Shown here: one piece after another, positions 1 to 13,379 of the stretch | Numbering within the stretch: the stretch's first letter is position 1 | How the letters are laid out: every line of letters starts with the position of its first letter | Assembly (NCBI RefSeq): GCF_001949145.1 | Contig: NW_019091355.1 | Span: 1,554,546-1,618,545, forward strand | Direction of reading: 5' to 3' | DNA length: 64,000 bases | DNA from: Acanthaster planci | Taxonomy: Eukaryota | The notes under the pieces: model-generated | Seen by the model: only the letters and a program-made list of their open reading frames with translations | What the model was told of the DNA's origin: nothing | Database searches by the model: none | Translations under genes and position numbers: made by a program

Positions 1-1758
1 TAGGGACAAGACGTTTTAGAGTGAAAATCACTCTGAATTTAGACTGAAAAAAGCCGAAAATAGCCCCTTCCAGTGGAAGCTCGAGCGAAATTTCAATCTT
101 TTGGAGTAAAGAAATTTCGCTCCAATTCGTCTGATCCTTAATTTCAATCAGAGGGATTGAATTTTCGTTCGAATAGAGTGAATCTTCAATCTTTGGAATT
201 TAGAAAGTACATGTAGTACAAAACCAGTGTATGGACGCGGTTGTGCCACGGTGCTTCCCACAAGCTGTCGCCCCCACGTTGATTACAGAGCGCCCTCTAC
301 AATGATTTGCGCGGGAACCCAAAGATCGTTAAAGTTTAGGAGGGAGCGCAGGGGAAAATATCAACATCCAGCCTAGAAAAAGGGTTTATCAGCGCGTTGA
401 AATCAAAGCTTGAGTTATTCGGTAAAAATGGCAGCTAATTTTTAACAAGAACTTCTGGGACCACAGTTCTGGGGTGGGGTTTGCGACATGCTACGCTGAG
501 TGGTTTTACGTCTTGGTCGATAAAGTGAAAGTCCGTCGCTCACACCTGGCAACTTGCCAGGTTCCTTGGCCTTGGCTCTGTTAAGGTAAACATCACTTTG
601 GCTCGTGGTCCGTACGTCAGATACGCCCTGCATTAGCCGAGGCTGCGGAACGAACATACTCCTTACAGATCGACTCGTTATAACGTCGGCTCAGAAACAG
701 TGACAAGTTTTTTATCAAGGGTCCGGGACAGCTTGAGCGCACAACGATCATCCTCTGGACTTCGATAAAGAGCATATTTCATGTGGTACACATCGTCTGC
801 AATTACACACACCGGGGCTTTATGAGCTGCCTTCATAGTTTTGACACCCCCCTCCTCACTTTTGCTAGGCCGTCCAGGAACAAACTCCTGCTACCTACGT
901 TTGCTCTTTTCAGGTGAACGAGGATGACATCATCATCTAGTCGGCTTTACCGCCTCTAATCAAATCAACGCCCTGCCGATGGAGCCAGCTGACTGCGGCT
1001 TATCAGACGAAATCTGGGGGCCTGATCCGAGTGTTCAACTCCAGCCGCATGCATCTCAATCTTTTTTTTTTTTTTTTTTTTTGCTTAGTAATGCCCGGTG
1101 ATTTTCAGGAAACAATGTGCGCCACTCTGGATCCTCGTGTACACGCGCATCGTTAAGGGGTGAGAGGGTGGGAACGTCGCTTCGTAGGGAAAAAAAAACT
1201 TACAAGTGTCCCTTAGCAAAAGTTACCGGGCCGGCAACTGTCGCCAGGCAGCGTGACATGCTGGCACTTCGGCCAAAAGTGGGTCTAGACTTGGTGTCTC
1301 CTTCTCTTCAGCGCGGGATAAAAAGGGCCCAATTAAGCGGAAAGCCACTTTCGCAATGGGGGAAGCGACCGCGCTGTGCCGTCACAACTGCCAGCGCTCC
1401 CATCGCCCTTAGAGCGCGGGAAGTTACCGAGTGTTGTTCCAGTCTATACCCCGGGCTCCCGTCCTTGCCTCGACAAGTGATGCCGTCAGGAGCCCTGTGC
1501 AGTCCCGCGGCCTTGTCGGCACGGCAGCAAACGAACGTGAGGGGTTCCACATCACGACCTCTTTTCATGTGCAGCAAACCCGGACTTCATCGACACTGAA
1601 CCGTAAAACCAGGCAAATACCGTTTTGAATACCCAGCCAGCCAACCCGGATACGTTACACACACCGAATCCCAAAAACAAAAACCTGGAACTTCGTAGTT
1701 CTTTGGACTCCACTCAAGTAAACACTTTGATCGGGTGGCTCTACATGAACGCAACACC

Positions 1759-4700
1759 ATGAGAATTTTCTCCACCAAGCACACGGCAATAATGCTGTTC
1801 CAGTGGACAAGTTGTTGCTTAATCTACGCAATAGTTGCCAGCCTCCTCGCAAGACATGGTAGGTCTATCCCCTTGCTCTGCCCTCATTATCATTGAAATA
1901 ACCCCTCTCTTTATTATCTACCTCATTTTCGAGCAGCTTTTATCCTTCCTTTCAATACCTGTAATGAATTGGTTTTTACCCCCTGGGTCTTCTGTCAACT
2001 CTCTTTTCTTTATCTTCCATGCTCGCCCCCTTTAGCCAACGCTGTCACTCCGGTCATGCAATAAATTACGTCAAGATTGAAGAGCAGCATGTTTTGCGGT
2101 GAGAGACATACGCACTCAACAACAAACTGACGTGCTGCGCTATCAAACTAATTCAGCCGCATTTTGGCGGCAATTTACCTCTCAATATCCATCACTGTCA
2201 CAGAATGTCTACCCATTGTTTACACTGTAGTTACTGAAGGACAAAACTCTCTGGTCATTTATCCGTCCAATATCAAGGAAGAGCGTACCACTTATAGCTA
2301 CTGTGCGACCCACCTGAAACTACAATAGCTACATCGTTTCTCTTTCGGATCCTTTGCCCCTTTTCTCATACCGACATTTTATCCCTGAAAGAGATGGGGA
2401 TATACCACAAACATTCCCATCTACGGGTTGTATTTGACGTTAAAGTTCTTCAGCAAATAATGCCGCGCAGTTCCGCGAACCCGAACAGCTGTCACGCACG
2501 TGCGATTTACAGGACGTTCATGTATCACTAAGAGAAAAGATTGCATGGTCGACCCCGGCCCACAAAATGATTTTGATTACATAGGAAACGATCTCGGTTG
2601 ACGCTTTACAGAACACTGTCAGTGATCAGCGATGCGCAGTTTGACAATTTCATACTTCAAGTTGAACTGTCATCTAATCCATCGGAAGTCAAATTATACA
2701 TTCGGTCGCAAGTAACGGGGTGAAAGATAATAAGTAAGGCAACACTTGTACAACGTTGCATTATGGGAGCTTGTGACTTGAAATTAAATCAAATGTGACC
2801 GACTTTGTAAACTTGTTCAAATTAAGCCTCGATTGTTATACTACCTCCAGCATGTAACTTTCAACCTGCAATAAAGATTTTACAAGTGCATTGTAAAGAT
2901 TGTACAAACGGTCCCAATAAGCACTTTTAATGAGAAAAGGTCATTTACTTCTCAAGTCCGAAATGTACACGGTAAAACCACTCTTAGGTAGCAGGTCGTA
3001 TAAGTTGAAGAAGCGCTTGAACGTCTTTCACCCACTGGTGAAAGGTTGAAAATAAGTTAGCCCAAAAAGCGTTAATTCCACGTCAGACAACTTCCCGTTC
3101 AATAATTATATTGAGACGCCAGCTAAAAGCCATTTAATTGCCCTACACTATCCAAGTTGACGGGTTGCCAAACTCGATGTATCCGCATGCCACCAACCAA
3201 CTGTCGCTTTCGATGCCCCGATTAGATTCTTGCGATGTGTACTAAAAGCCAGGCCCACAAAACCAAGACACGTTGTCACTTGCAGATTTTTGACAGAAGA
3301 ACCGGACGAACCTCTGGCATTATTTGCAATGTGTGCCGGCCGTTTTAGGAAATGACTTGTGGAAGGAATTTTAGCGAGAACACTGTATTAGATTCAACAA
3401 AGCATGGTTTATTTTAGGAGTTGTAAGGTGGTTTATCAAGTTTAAAAATGCCATGACGTCAAACTTAGACTGATGATAGAGCTAGCGTTTTTCCCTCGCA
3501 ATCGTACGAAGTTTTTAAAAAACCGTCCAGCTAAGGAAGGTAACAATTTACTGAATTTACAAAGGTCAACCCTTCAATAGAATTTACTGCAATAGTTATC
3601 TTCTTTTTTTCCCCCAAAACGCTCGTTGGTTTTAATACTGATAGAATTACAACTACGTTGTAGCTGATTTTTCTTCTGTATCTACCAGAATATTCCTGCT
3701 CGATGTGAACGAAAGTTTTATACAACCTTATAAATAATTATTTCACATCGAGTGCCGTTTGTATTGAAAGAGTCATTTGACAAAGTTACCCGGTTTGCGT
3801 AATCTGCAAATATATGGTACATTGGTGTCATTATTTAACTCCTGCATTTCTGTACTGGGAAACGCTGGACGTCAAGGACCAAGGGTGTAGAATTAACACT
3901 ACAGTTTTTGGAATGCATTGAAAACATTTTCTGTGCGTAATTCCTGCCTGGAGCTTTTCAGAAGCCTGCAGATGAATGATACATTTCTGTCACGATTGTC
4001 TCTTGCTTAGTTCGTGCTGTGCCTCCGACCAGAACAACAAAGCGAACCCATGTCGCGCCCAGCGTCTCCGACCCAAATCCTCCAATTCAGGCGAGTTTCT
4101 ACCAGGGATCCGAGCAGCCGGCGGCTGAGTCTGATTGGCCGAGCGGCAAAATTCTGGACGGTGATTCGTCGAGCACCCTGGCTGACGAGGCAGTCGAGGC
4201 GGTCACGAAGTGCTGCTACAGGCAGAAGAAATACCACACCATTGGCTTTGGTGAGTGTCGTGACGTCATAGTCGGGATGTATAATAATACTCTTGAATTC
4301 TCCTGGTATAACAGGAAGTAACTGAACAACACGTCATCACCAACCAATTACAAGTGACCTAGTTTCCAATCTCCAGTAAAACCAAAAGTTACCCTAGCGT
4401 GACAAAGATGTTTCCTTTCAGTCATCTGTCGTTGTTAGTGCCTGGCATTCCCATTTTTGGGGGTTCACTTGCGATTTGACTTATGACAGACGAGTTCACT
4501 ACTCTTCCTAGCGCCATTTCGTTCTTTTTTCTGAATCTTCCAATCTGGTATCGAATTTCCAGCACCGCAATTCGCTGAGGAAGAATTAATTTCGGAGCTG
4601 ATTAACTTTGGAAGTATCGTTTATAGACCACTTCGATTCGTGAAACAAATTGCTGTAAGTAATAAGCAGATCTGGACGAAATGTGTCTCATGCGAAATTA

Positions 4701-7700
4701 TAGTCAAACCTAAGAAGTCATCGATTCCGCTAGTGCCATGTACCATCTACAAATTCATGTTTGATTTTAACTTCGAGCAAGTAATGAAGCCTACTCAGAG
4801 ACACTGGCTAGAAAGGTATTAAGGCAAATCTGAATGCATGTTACAAGCCTGTGTTCGACCAGAAGCAAACATAACGATGTTCCGTCGATGTTGTGACAAC
4901 GGCGTTTAAAGTCTGTGCACCACCTTTTCCAACACCCGAACTGGCTTTATAACTAACGGCGCGCGGCGGCGCCCCCACTCATCCAGTGTCTTGTTTTCGT
5001 CATCTCCTGAGAGACTGACGTGCATCTTTCATGCGTCATACTTCTTACAAAGCGCCCTCTTTGTGGAGTTGTCCGATTTACACGTAACATAAGAACGATA
5101 CATTCAATGTATCCGAAAAGCACACGTATCGGCTTGGGAGGAAAAACGTAGACGCTTATGCTTCTTCAAAACGAAGATTCAGACTGCTTGTTTATTTTTT
5201 TCCTCGCCATTTCTTTGTACATCGGCACACTCATGAGGGTACGAATAATCATTTGTGCACTTATACTGTAATATGTTCGATGAAAAAAATTAACGTGACA
5301 TAAATATTATGTCCGTCACGTTTCGTGCACTAGGTCATGGTTTTTTTCCAATTAGCAGGTGTTTATTTGAAGTTACAACTGTTCTTCTACAGTGAAAAGT
5401 ATATGTAAAAATACCAATCGTGTATCCTTCAATTTCAGGAACTAAAATCGCTATTTATATAAGTGTTTTGGGGAAAATAAAACTAAATATCGATAAGTAA
5501 AAAACTAAACAAAAGCCACTGTAGTGGCTTGTTATACCAGTTACAATTGATAGTAAATTAAAAATTACAACTTTGAACCAACATTGACCGTTTTCCAGAA
5601 TGTCCAACTGTCTCCAAACGGTACGTGCAAAAGCAATTAAGCACAACTGTGTTTGGTATTTTTGTGAAGGCGATGAATTACTGAAAGTACTCTTGAACTT
5701 TCTGGTTGGTGAGTATCAAACGAACAGAAAGAAGGAAATGCTATTTTGTTATTTATAGCCCTGTTTGATGCATTACGATCACGGCTGAGACACCAGAGGA
5801 CATCACCATACCTTTGGACATCTGTCTTAACTGTCAAAACAGCGCAAGAAAGCTGACTTTACAAACAACAGCAAAATTATCTCGACTTTCGGCGCACTGT
5901 ATTTTGTACCTATATGCGCCAGATCTCTTTCGAAATATTTCCATGTTGAAGTGGGCTTGCTGTGAGTAGCGACAGTTGCTTTTGTGGAGGAAGGAAGTAG
6001 AATGATGCTGGTGAATTGAAAAAACTGACCAGCTAAATCCAAAATGAAAATGAATCTCAGGTTTTAAATTCATTAATCGTGCACATACATTGTAGGGCAC
6101 CTGAAAACAAACGAGTCCATTGCTAAACGTGCTTGGGATAAAGTTTTTAATATTAAAGCCGAAGGTGCGATTGCCTGATATTTCTTTCTGGGCCAAGAAT
6201 GAAACAGAATTTTCGCAAATATTGGGCCAGAGAAGTCACTCCCTTTTAAGCAGAAGCTGAAGGCTGAGTCAGTGTGCAGGAAAACCATGACGTCAAGCTT
6301 TTACGCGCTGTACTTAAAGTCTCGAATGTTCTTTCATCTATTTATTGTTGATGGTCTACAGATTAATTATTTAAACAATCGTGGGCTGGTTTGTGAGCGT
6401 TTTACGTGAGTTGATTTCATTTCATTTGATTATCTTCACGACGAAAAGTACTGGCGCGTCAGCCACAGTTTATAACAAACAACTTGACCTTTCCAAAAAT
6501 GATGACTTTTCCGGTAGCGGATGTGGGATGCGACAGAAAAATAATATTTGTATGTATAGGCTACGCAATGGCGCTTCACAACGCGTAGAGACACGTTTAG
6601 TTGTTCCGCTTCGTATTAATTTCCAGGATGGTTTACAATTCCGATTATACTGGTTATTCAGGGAGCTGCCATACACGAAAGACATTAACCCTGCTGAAGA
6701 GCAGGTACAACTGATCACGTGGGATCGACATGATTGCTTTAAAGTAGGGGCGGGGGTAATACATTTTTAAAAGATCTGTCTTTACTTATTTTGCATCTTT
6801 CCTGTTGCGGCTTATTTTTCACAGATACCTCAGCAAGGCGACCGATCAGAAAGGACATTGGGCGGTGTCGGCGGACATATTTGGACCGTACTGTCCCCCG
6901 GGATCCGACCCAGAACCCCGGGGATCTTGTCAAGCGACGGAGGCGTCAAGGACCCGTGGTAGGTTTCTGTCAGGCAGATTGCTTGAACTGAGATTCAATA
7001 AGAAAACCCTTATAGGGATATATATATATACAGCGTATTCCATTTTATGTAGAATAAAAAAAAGGTTTCGTCAAAGAACCAACATCGTCCACCTTGAAAT
7101 GACATTAGTCATTTTGAAAGTTGTCGAAGTTGTCCCATAGGTGAATCTTCTGTGTTATGTAATGGAGATTTACTTTGTCAACGTGATCATTTGGAAAGAA
7201 AAGAGTCAAGCTGAACTGGGATTTTTGTTCCCTTGCTCACAGTTGGTTAGATGCTGGATTCCCCCCTCGGCGCAACACTGAAAGTTCGCTGGGCTGAACA
7301 TGAATGGTTCATCGTTTTCTCTCTAGGGTGGAAAAAACCTTGTGAAACCCAATGGACCTGTACGTCATGCCATTACACGATATGTCATTCCCCTCTAGTG
7401 CAAAATGCCCCACATCATCCTACGCGTCCCATAGTGGGCCCTAAGGAGAGGTGATTGCCCCTTTGGACTTTAGCGGGTGTGTCGTCGAAACTTTTGGCCT
7501 GTCAGTTCTTTTTATCACGAACCAAGATTGACACTTCTCCTTTTTACTGTTCCCGGATGACCCACTTGACGTCAGCCAGCAACACATGCACGTCAAATCG
7601 AGCCTTATGGAGAAGGCCTCTCTGCCGGATTTGCACGTAAAACCTTTCCGAAGGAAAACTCTGCTTCTTTGTCCCGCCATGAAAAAAAGACAACATGGGA

Positions 7701-10514
7701 TTATTGTACTCGCGGACGCTATGGCACTGGATAGTTCTAACTCCGTCAATCAAGCGTGGCATACCATTTAAGCTCTGCTAGTACCAGCGGCTTCGTATTT
7801 TCCTGAACTTCGGATTTTGTTTTTCGTGCACTTGAATAGGTTCTTCGTGATTCAGTGAAAAGAATAAAGCAGGAAACAGATTTTCGGCTAGCATCTCTCA
7901 GTACTATTTTCTGGTTGCTTGTTGTCTATGTGTTTAAGTTTCGGGAGTGGAGAATAGCCGGTAATACACTTTTCGGGAAATGTATCATACACTTCGTGTT
8001 ATAACGCAGTTGCGTTCCATACTGTTATTTTCTGGACTTTCTTCACTTGAATGTTAAACCTATGTCTGCGGTCATGTATCTTACGCTGCTTCCGCTTCAT
8101 TCACCAGTGTGATCAACCGTGCGAGGACGGCAACGTTTGCCTGCCAACCCGAACTCTCCTTGAGCGCAGTTTGTATGCCAACGCGTGGTCTCCCCTGGAC
8201 TATGAGGTAAGAAAAGCAAACAAACGAACCGAGAGAAGTATGGCGCGCCAAGTCTGTGCAATTAAAAGAACAAACTGAGGAATTTATGCGAGGCTATTTC
8301 AATCAAGACCGTTGTGCCATTGCTATAAACACCTTCCATAATGTCTTGTAATTTTTCACTGCAGAAATCAATTTCATTACTAAGTTATTTGAAATTGGAA
8401 TGATACTACATGTACATTTAGTTTATGACCACCCTGTTTAAGTAAAGGAAACGATAAAAAGGAGAGTATAGAAGTGAAAGTTCACTGTGCATACCAGAGA
8501 AGGGTTAGTCATTCACCATTGGTTTTTCATTTTCCCAATATGAGGTACAGATTCTGTACAAAATAAACACAAGCAGTAATTTTGGCTGATCCGTTTACAG
8601 GTTATCGAAGGCTGCCATTGCGTTCCGAAGCTGCACCCTTGCGAGAGAAAGCCTCTTTACAAAGTTTTTCACCACAATACACCATACGAGACGACCATCG
8701 ATGTCGGGGAATGTCGAGGTAGATGCTTCAATGGTCGCGGTAAGCTCGTCGTTATAAGTTAAGCTTCTTTGGATTGATAAGTCAAATCCGAAATCGCTTC
8801 CAATAATTTCAAAGTTTTTTGCACCTTTGTTGTAAATATTATTTGAATAATTATTTCAATGATTTCGGGCTTTATCTTCTTTTCAGATTCTGGTATAGAC
8901 TGTCGAGCTACCAAGAACAAAACGGAAACAGTTCTTGGTCCAAACGGTATGTTGGAAGTGGTGATGTTGGTCCAATCAGTGGCGAAATGACGCATACGTT
9001 GCTAGAACTACGCCTTAGTTAATCCCTGACCTTTACACAGATGTTGGACAGGGGAATTAAATACAACTGTCGACGCTTGCAATCACAGAAAAAAAGCAAC
9101 TAACTATAAATAATCTCTTAAATGAACTGCGTAAGTATCTGTTCAGTACCTGATGAACACACAGTGGAAGGTGTTTTGGACTCAAGTGTGGGAGGCGCTT
9201 GCATATTTTTATATGGCTCGTGTGACATTTCTAACAAATTAGTGCAACAGTATTTAGAAACCGTCAATTTGATGAAAGTTGGAGGGGTTTTATTATCTCT
9301 CCTGAAACGACAATATACCCCCGTTATGTTTTTGTTTTACAAATTCGTCTCCTTCAGGCACATGCGTCCAAGAATTGACTTACACAATGGAAATGTATTC
9401 TGTCAAATCTAGAAAGGATTTGAATAAATGTAGCTGTTAATCCAAATTCAGTAAGCATTTAACGCTACTCAGTTCTTGTATAGGTCTTAAGGCGTATTGT
9501 CACTTTCCTAGGAGATTTTTTATGATTTCGGGTCACAGGTCACGAGTGCGTTGACGTCATCACCGGATGTTCCTGCACCGGGAGCTGTTACAGAGCCAGT
9601 CACATGGTGGCATTCTACATCCGGAAATTCAACGAGACAACTGAGGAATATTACGACACTGTACAGGTACTGTAATATACTGTGACTCATGTACGCTCAG
9701 GGGAAGAATTATTTTTAGTAGAATCACAAGAATGCCATGACGTCATACTGAAGCATGATATGTTACAAACAAATAGGCACAACTCCGAACTATGTGAGAA
9801 CCAGTTTTTATTTTTAAGAGCGCTTCTACATCTAATTTTGTCTTTAAACAGGAAATGGATGTTGGCAAATGTCTTGGAAGTTGCACGGAAAAGAAAGGCA
9901 TATGTATCCGACGGTAGGTTTTCCCACTCAGAAAAATTTAAACTCTCTGAGCAACACTTAAAAAAACTTTGTCTTGGAAATTTCCGTTTCATTCTAATCG
10001 CAAACAAGTTCTACATTGAGCAATTTATCAATTAGCTCTTTTCTAAAGGGTGAATTTGTTGAATACTCTTGAAACGTATACGCGTGCCCCATCTTTCATC
10101 TATTCATAAGCGATCCAACCCGTGAGTTATTTTGCTACACAATGCAAAACAGCCGCTTACAAGCCTTCACATTTCTCGTCGCAAAATTTACTTTGTTGAA
10201 CAACGTATATCAGAACATCTATACTGTCGTTTACAGAGCGGTTTAATTTTATTGACGAATTAGTTTATTGAATGTATTGTAATAGAATAGGGGAGAATAC
10301 ATTTCTTTTGACATTTTGAAAATCGGGGCTTCTATCTGGAAGGTACTCAATCTTGATTCCGTCCCTTGTTTTTCCCACTCACAGCACAAACTGCGCAGCA
10401 GTTTTGCTCCCCAACACGTACTGCTCTCCCAAGGAGTACGTCCCTCACATCTTCCAGACACCTGAGGGGGAGGATATGACCGTCCACGTGATCAACGAAT
10501 GCAGATGCATATAG
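1759..10514 (+). CDS. pnhd: Pinhead-family secreted cysteine-rich protein (Admp-associated), 9 exons, 363 aa
   Basis: Exons 1759-1858, 4011-4250, 6825-6958, 8108-8206, 8601-8739, 8887-8946, 9539-9666, 9852-9913, 10385-10514. All introns are GT-AG, phases are consistent, total 1092 nt ending in TAG. Hydrophobic N-terminus (MRIFSTKHTAIMLFQWTSCCLIYAIVASLLARHVRA) followed by three cystine-knot-like repeats: CCYR..DIGRC..CLP..VIEGCHC; CERKP..PYETTIDVGECRGRC..GPNGHECVDVITGCSC; CYR..MDVGKCLGSC..CSP..VINECRCI*. Motif pattern and position upstream of Admp match Pinhead. Confidence 0.88.
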
Positions 10515-12807
10515 ACTAAACGGAAAAGACGCCATGACTGCTGTAGCACCTCATCCGCGCGAGATGTGTAACGCGCGCGTACCCCTTGCGCGCGCGAGCA
10601 TGGCACCGCCGCTTTGATGGCTTTCAAGTCTTGTTTCTGGATTGGTTTTTCTAAGGTTGCCAGGGATCTGATTCCTCAGTACCAACCCCATATGGCAGTT
10701 TCGGCCCTAGCAGCGTTTCTGGTAGTTTCCCAGTGTGCTTTCCGATTTTGTAGCTCAAGGAGGGAATATATAAGAGTCTGCGTGTTGACAACTTTGAAAA
10801 TGCGACCGCGCCCGACTTATTGGTTGAAGCATTGCCGCGGCGACGATGGAGAATTCTTTTAGTTCGGACTCTTTCTCGGATATCACAGGATATTTTCAAG
10901 ATCTCACAAGATTTGTGTATACATTCAAATCTGTCTCTATGATGCGCAGTGCAGTAAAAAGTTTTGCGCTCTTTTCACTATTAATCTGACACAGTAAAAC
11001 TGCACACTGGTATTATTAATGTATATTTGTTTATAAAATATGTACTTAAAATTGTAAGATTTTTCTTGTAATCTTATATACGTCATACGATACAAGTACA
11101 TGTATAAACAGTTGATTAGAAGTCATTATGCAAAGCACTGGGAAACTATACTGTATTTTGCATAATTGTGTGATTTTTTTTTATAATTTGACTATAGTTG
11201 TGTATGTCCTTGGCATAATGCCATCACACAGGGCAGTTGGAAGTTGATTTTTTTTTAAATTGTTTTCAACCATAAATTGGTGTGGTTCCCTGTTTGATTG
11301 GACGATGTTACCAACATTTGATTTTAAGACATATCGACGGCAAAATTGAGTTTCCCTAAAGCTGAAAAAAGGTGTGGAGCTTTGGGTTTTTCATCATTCG
11401 ATTGCTCCAAATATTTGCTCTTCTATTTTGCTTTCTTGATTTTTGATTTTCCGTGATTGCCGTCAAGAAGTTATGACCGAATGTGAACTCGTCCATGAGA
11501 CTAGTTTGAGGACGACTGAGTGATAATCGTGTCATTTCATTTTTACCGTGAATGTTTTGGGACCAATTTTCTAGGGTACTCATGTACATGTACATGTATG
11601 TATACATGTATTAGTGTGATTAAATCTATTTAACTGTCCATTTCATAGGCTCGAGATAAGATATTATTATGTTCATTTCTATTCTTGATTGTCACAGGCG
11701 TCAATAAATTGCACACTAACTCTAAAGGAACTATCGTGTCTAATTCTTCACTGTTCATTTGAAAGCAGAATTGAGAGCCTGGTCTTTAATATTCTTTATT
11801 ACTTTTTATTCACAGCAATATCATTTCCTTTATAATAGTTTAAAGATCTTCACTGTTTGAAAAAGTTTCTTCAGCACTCTCGAATCGCCCGCATCTTACA
11901 ATTTCAAGCGGGGTTAATTTCTTCAAATAATTTGTGAACACAGCCGCTTTCTGGATTGATGATGGATGACAGACTATTCTCAATTCGCAGTCCTCATGTT
12001 GCCACGTTCTTTAAAGAGAACAAGATTGATGAGTCATGTTTCTGACTCAACTCGGCAATTTATTCGAAATTTGTCCTGGGAATCAATGTCCGCTATAAGC
12101 TCTATCAGAGAAATTGGTAAAATTGTACTTGGACACAAATCGCGATTAAGTCTTCTATGCGCTGTTTCCCTTAGTCAGCCAGCCTTTTGAGCACGACGCC
12201 TCCCAGACAATTGGCTTTCATTGGCGAGCGTGTTTCTATTTATATGAGGTCACATTTAAAGAGATTTCCTCTCTGAGCTCAGGATCGAGGGAGTAGATGT
12301 TTGCTCTTGTCACTGCGGACCCCTCTTATATCACTAACCATGAGATACTTACCGTACTTTAATGATACTTCTCAGCTGTCTTAATTGGGTATTCGACAAG
12401 GTCTCAGTCTGTACGGTTATCTGCAGGATGGCAAATTATTTCGCACAACACAAAAAGCCACGGTGAATATAATAGTGAGTGTTCACATTTGGGGGGGGGC
12501 TTCATATGGGTTATTACCGCTTCTGGAAATCAATAACTTTTCAGTTGCATATGAGATGTTTAAGACATCAGTCTATCTCGTTTTAGCAGACTCTGAACTT
12601 CATAAACTTACTGTAACTTTCATTGCAATCTATCGGGATATGGCATCAATCAATTTATTAGTCCAACAACAGGTGCAAGCTACAAGAAAACCCAGGCGAT
12701 GAATCATTTTTTTTCAGCACTCACAACCGCGCGAGCAACATCCTGTGCAGATTAAGTTACTGGCCCGAGTGGGTTAGTGGCACAGGGGCACACCCCCCCA
12801 AAATGTA

Positions 12808-13031
12808 CAAGGGTGCATCCAGGGGGCCGATGAAGACAACCCCCCCACCTAATCTTTACTGAAAAGTAATGAGAAATGGTGAATTTTCGGTCTATTCTAT
12901 TTCATTTCAAATCGTGTAAAAAGATCCAAAACGTAGCCTCATCCTTAAGAAGGGTCTTAAACTTTTAGCACCCCCAACCCGAACACAAATTTATCTCCAC
13001 CCCCGAAATTTTGGTTCTGGGTGCTTCTTTG
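12808..13031. mobile_element. Degenerate MITE-like element
   Basis: Imperfect terminal inverted repeats CAAGGGTGCATCCAG ... CTGGGTGCTTCTTTG around a non-coding interior with C-runs. Confidence 0.35.
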
Positions 13032-13287
13032 ATGCGTAATGGAGTCCACGTAATTATCCGAAAAGATGGGTAATAGTTTGGGTGTGGTGAAACGCCATGG
13101 TGAATCTAGAATTAAAAAAGTCTCCGTGACCTTTTGAACAAAATCTTCAACTTTTCCCAGTTATTAATGCCAACTGAAAAGCGCATTGTGGAAATGCAAT
13201 ATAAATAACGAGGCCTGTGCTAAATTGCATCTTGCAACGTCTTTCCTTAACGATTATTGTTTCTAAGAAATTGGACCCAACCGCCAA

Positions 13288-13379
13288 CACTGCAAAACTG
13301 TGGCATTAACCGGTGTTAATTTAGTCACCTCGGTTACCACAACATTGAGAGTGTTAAAATAACACTACAGTTTTAAGTG
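13288..13379. mobile_element. Short CACT-ended MITE-like element
   Basis: Ends CACTGCAAAACTGT ... ACAGTTTTAAGTG. A similar right end (TAACACTACAGTTTT) recurs at about 3894-3908. Confidence 0.35.

Noticed and set aside
1..210. Repetitive AGAGTG/CAATCT-rich segment
   Set aside because: Looks like the right end of a repeat element cut by the window edge; it cannot be defined.
900..940. Strong acceptor TTTTTCAG followed by VNEDDIII*
   Set aside because: No connected exons or recognisable protein.
1117..1599. 160-aa ORF upstream of Pinhead
   Set aside because: No ATG start and no recognisable motif; GC-rich promoter/UTR sequence.
5800..6290. Minus-strand ORFs and splice-like signals in Pinhead intron 2
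   Set aside because: No coherent spliced protein could be built.
8242..8256. GGCGCG-CCAA-GTCTG in Pinhead intron 4
   Set aside because: Spacer of 4 and a mismatched GC box; does not fit the strict Smad element.
9150..9175. CTGATGA hammerhead-like core (also on the minus strand near 27512)
   Set aside because: No GAAA after stem II and no supporting stems.
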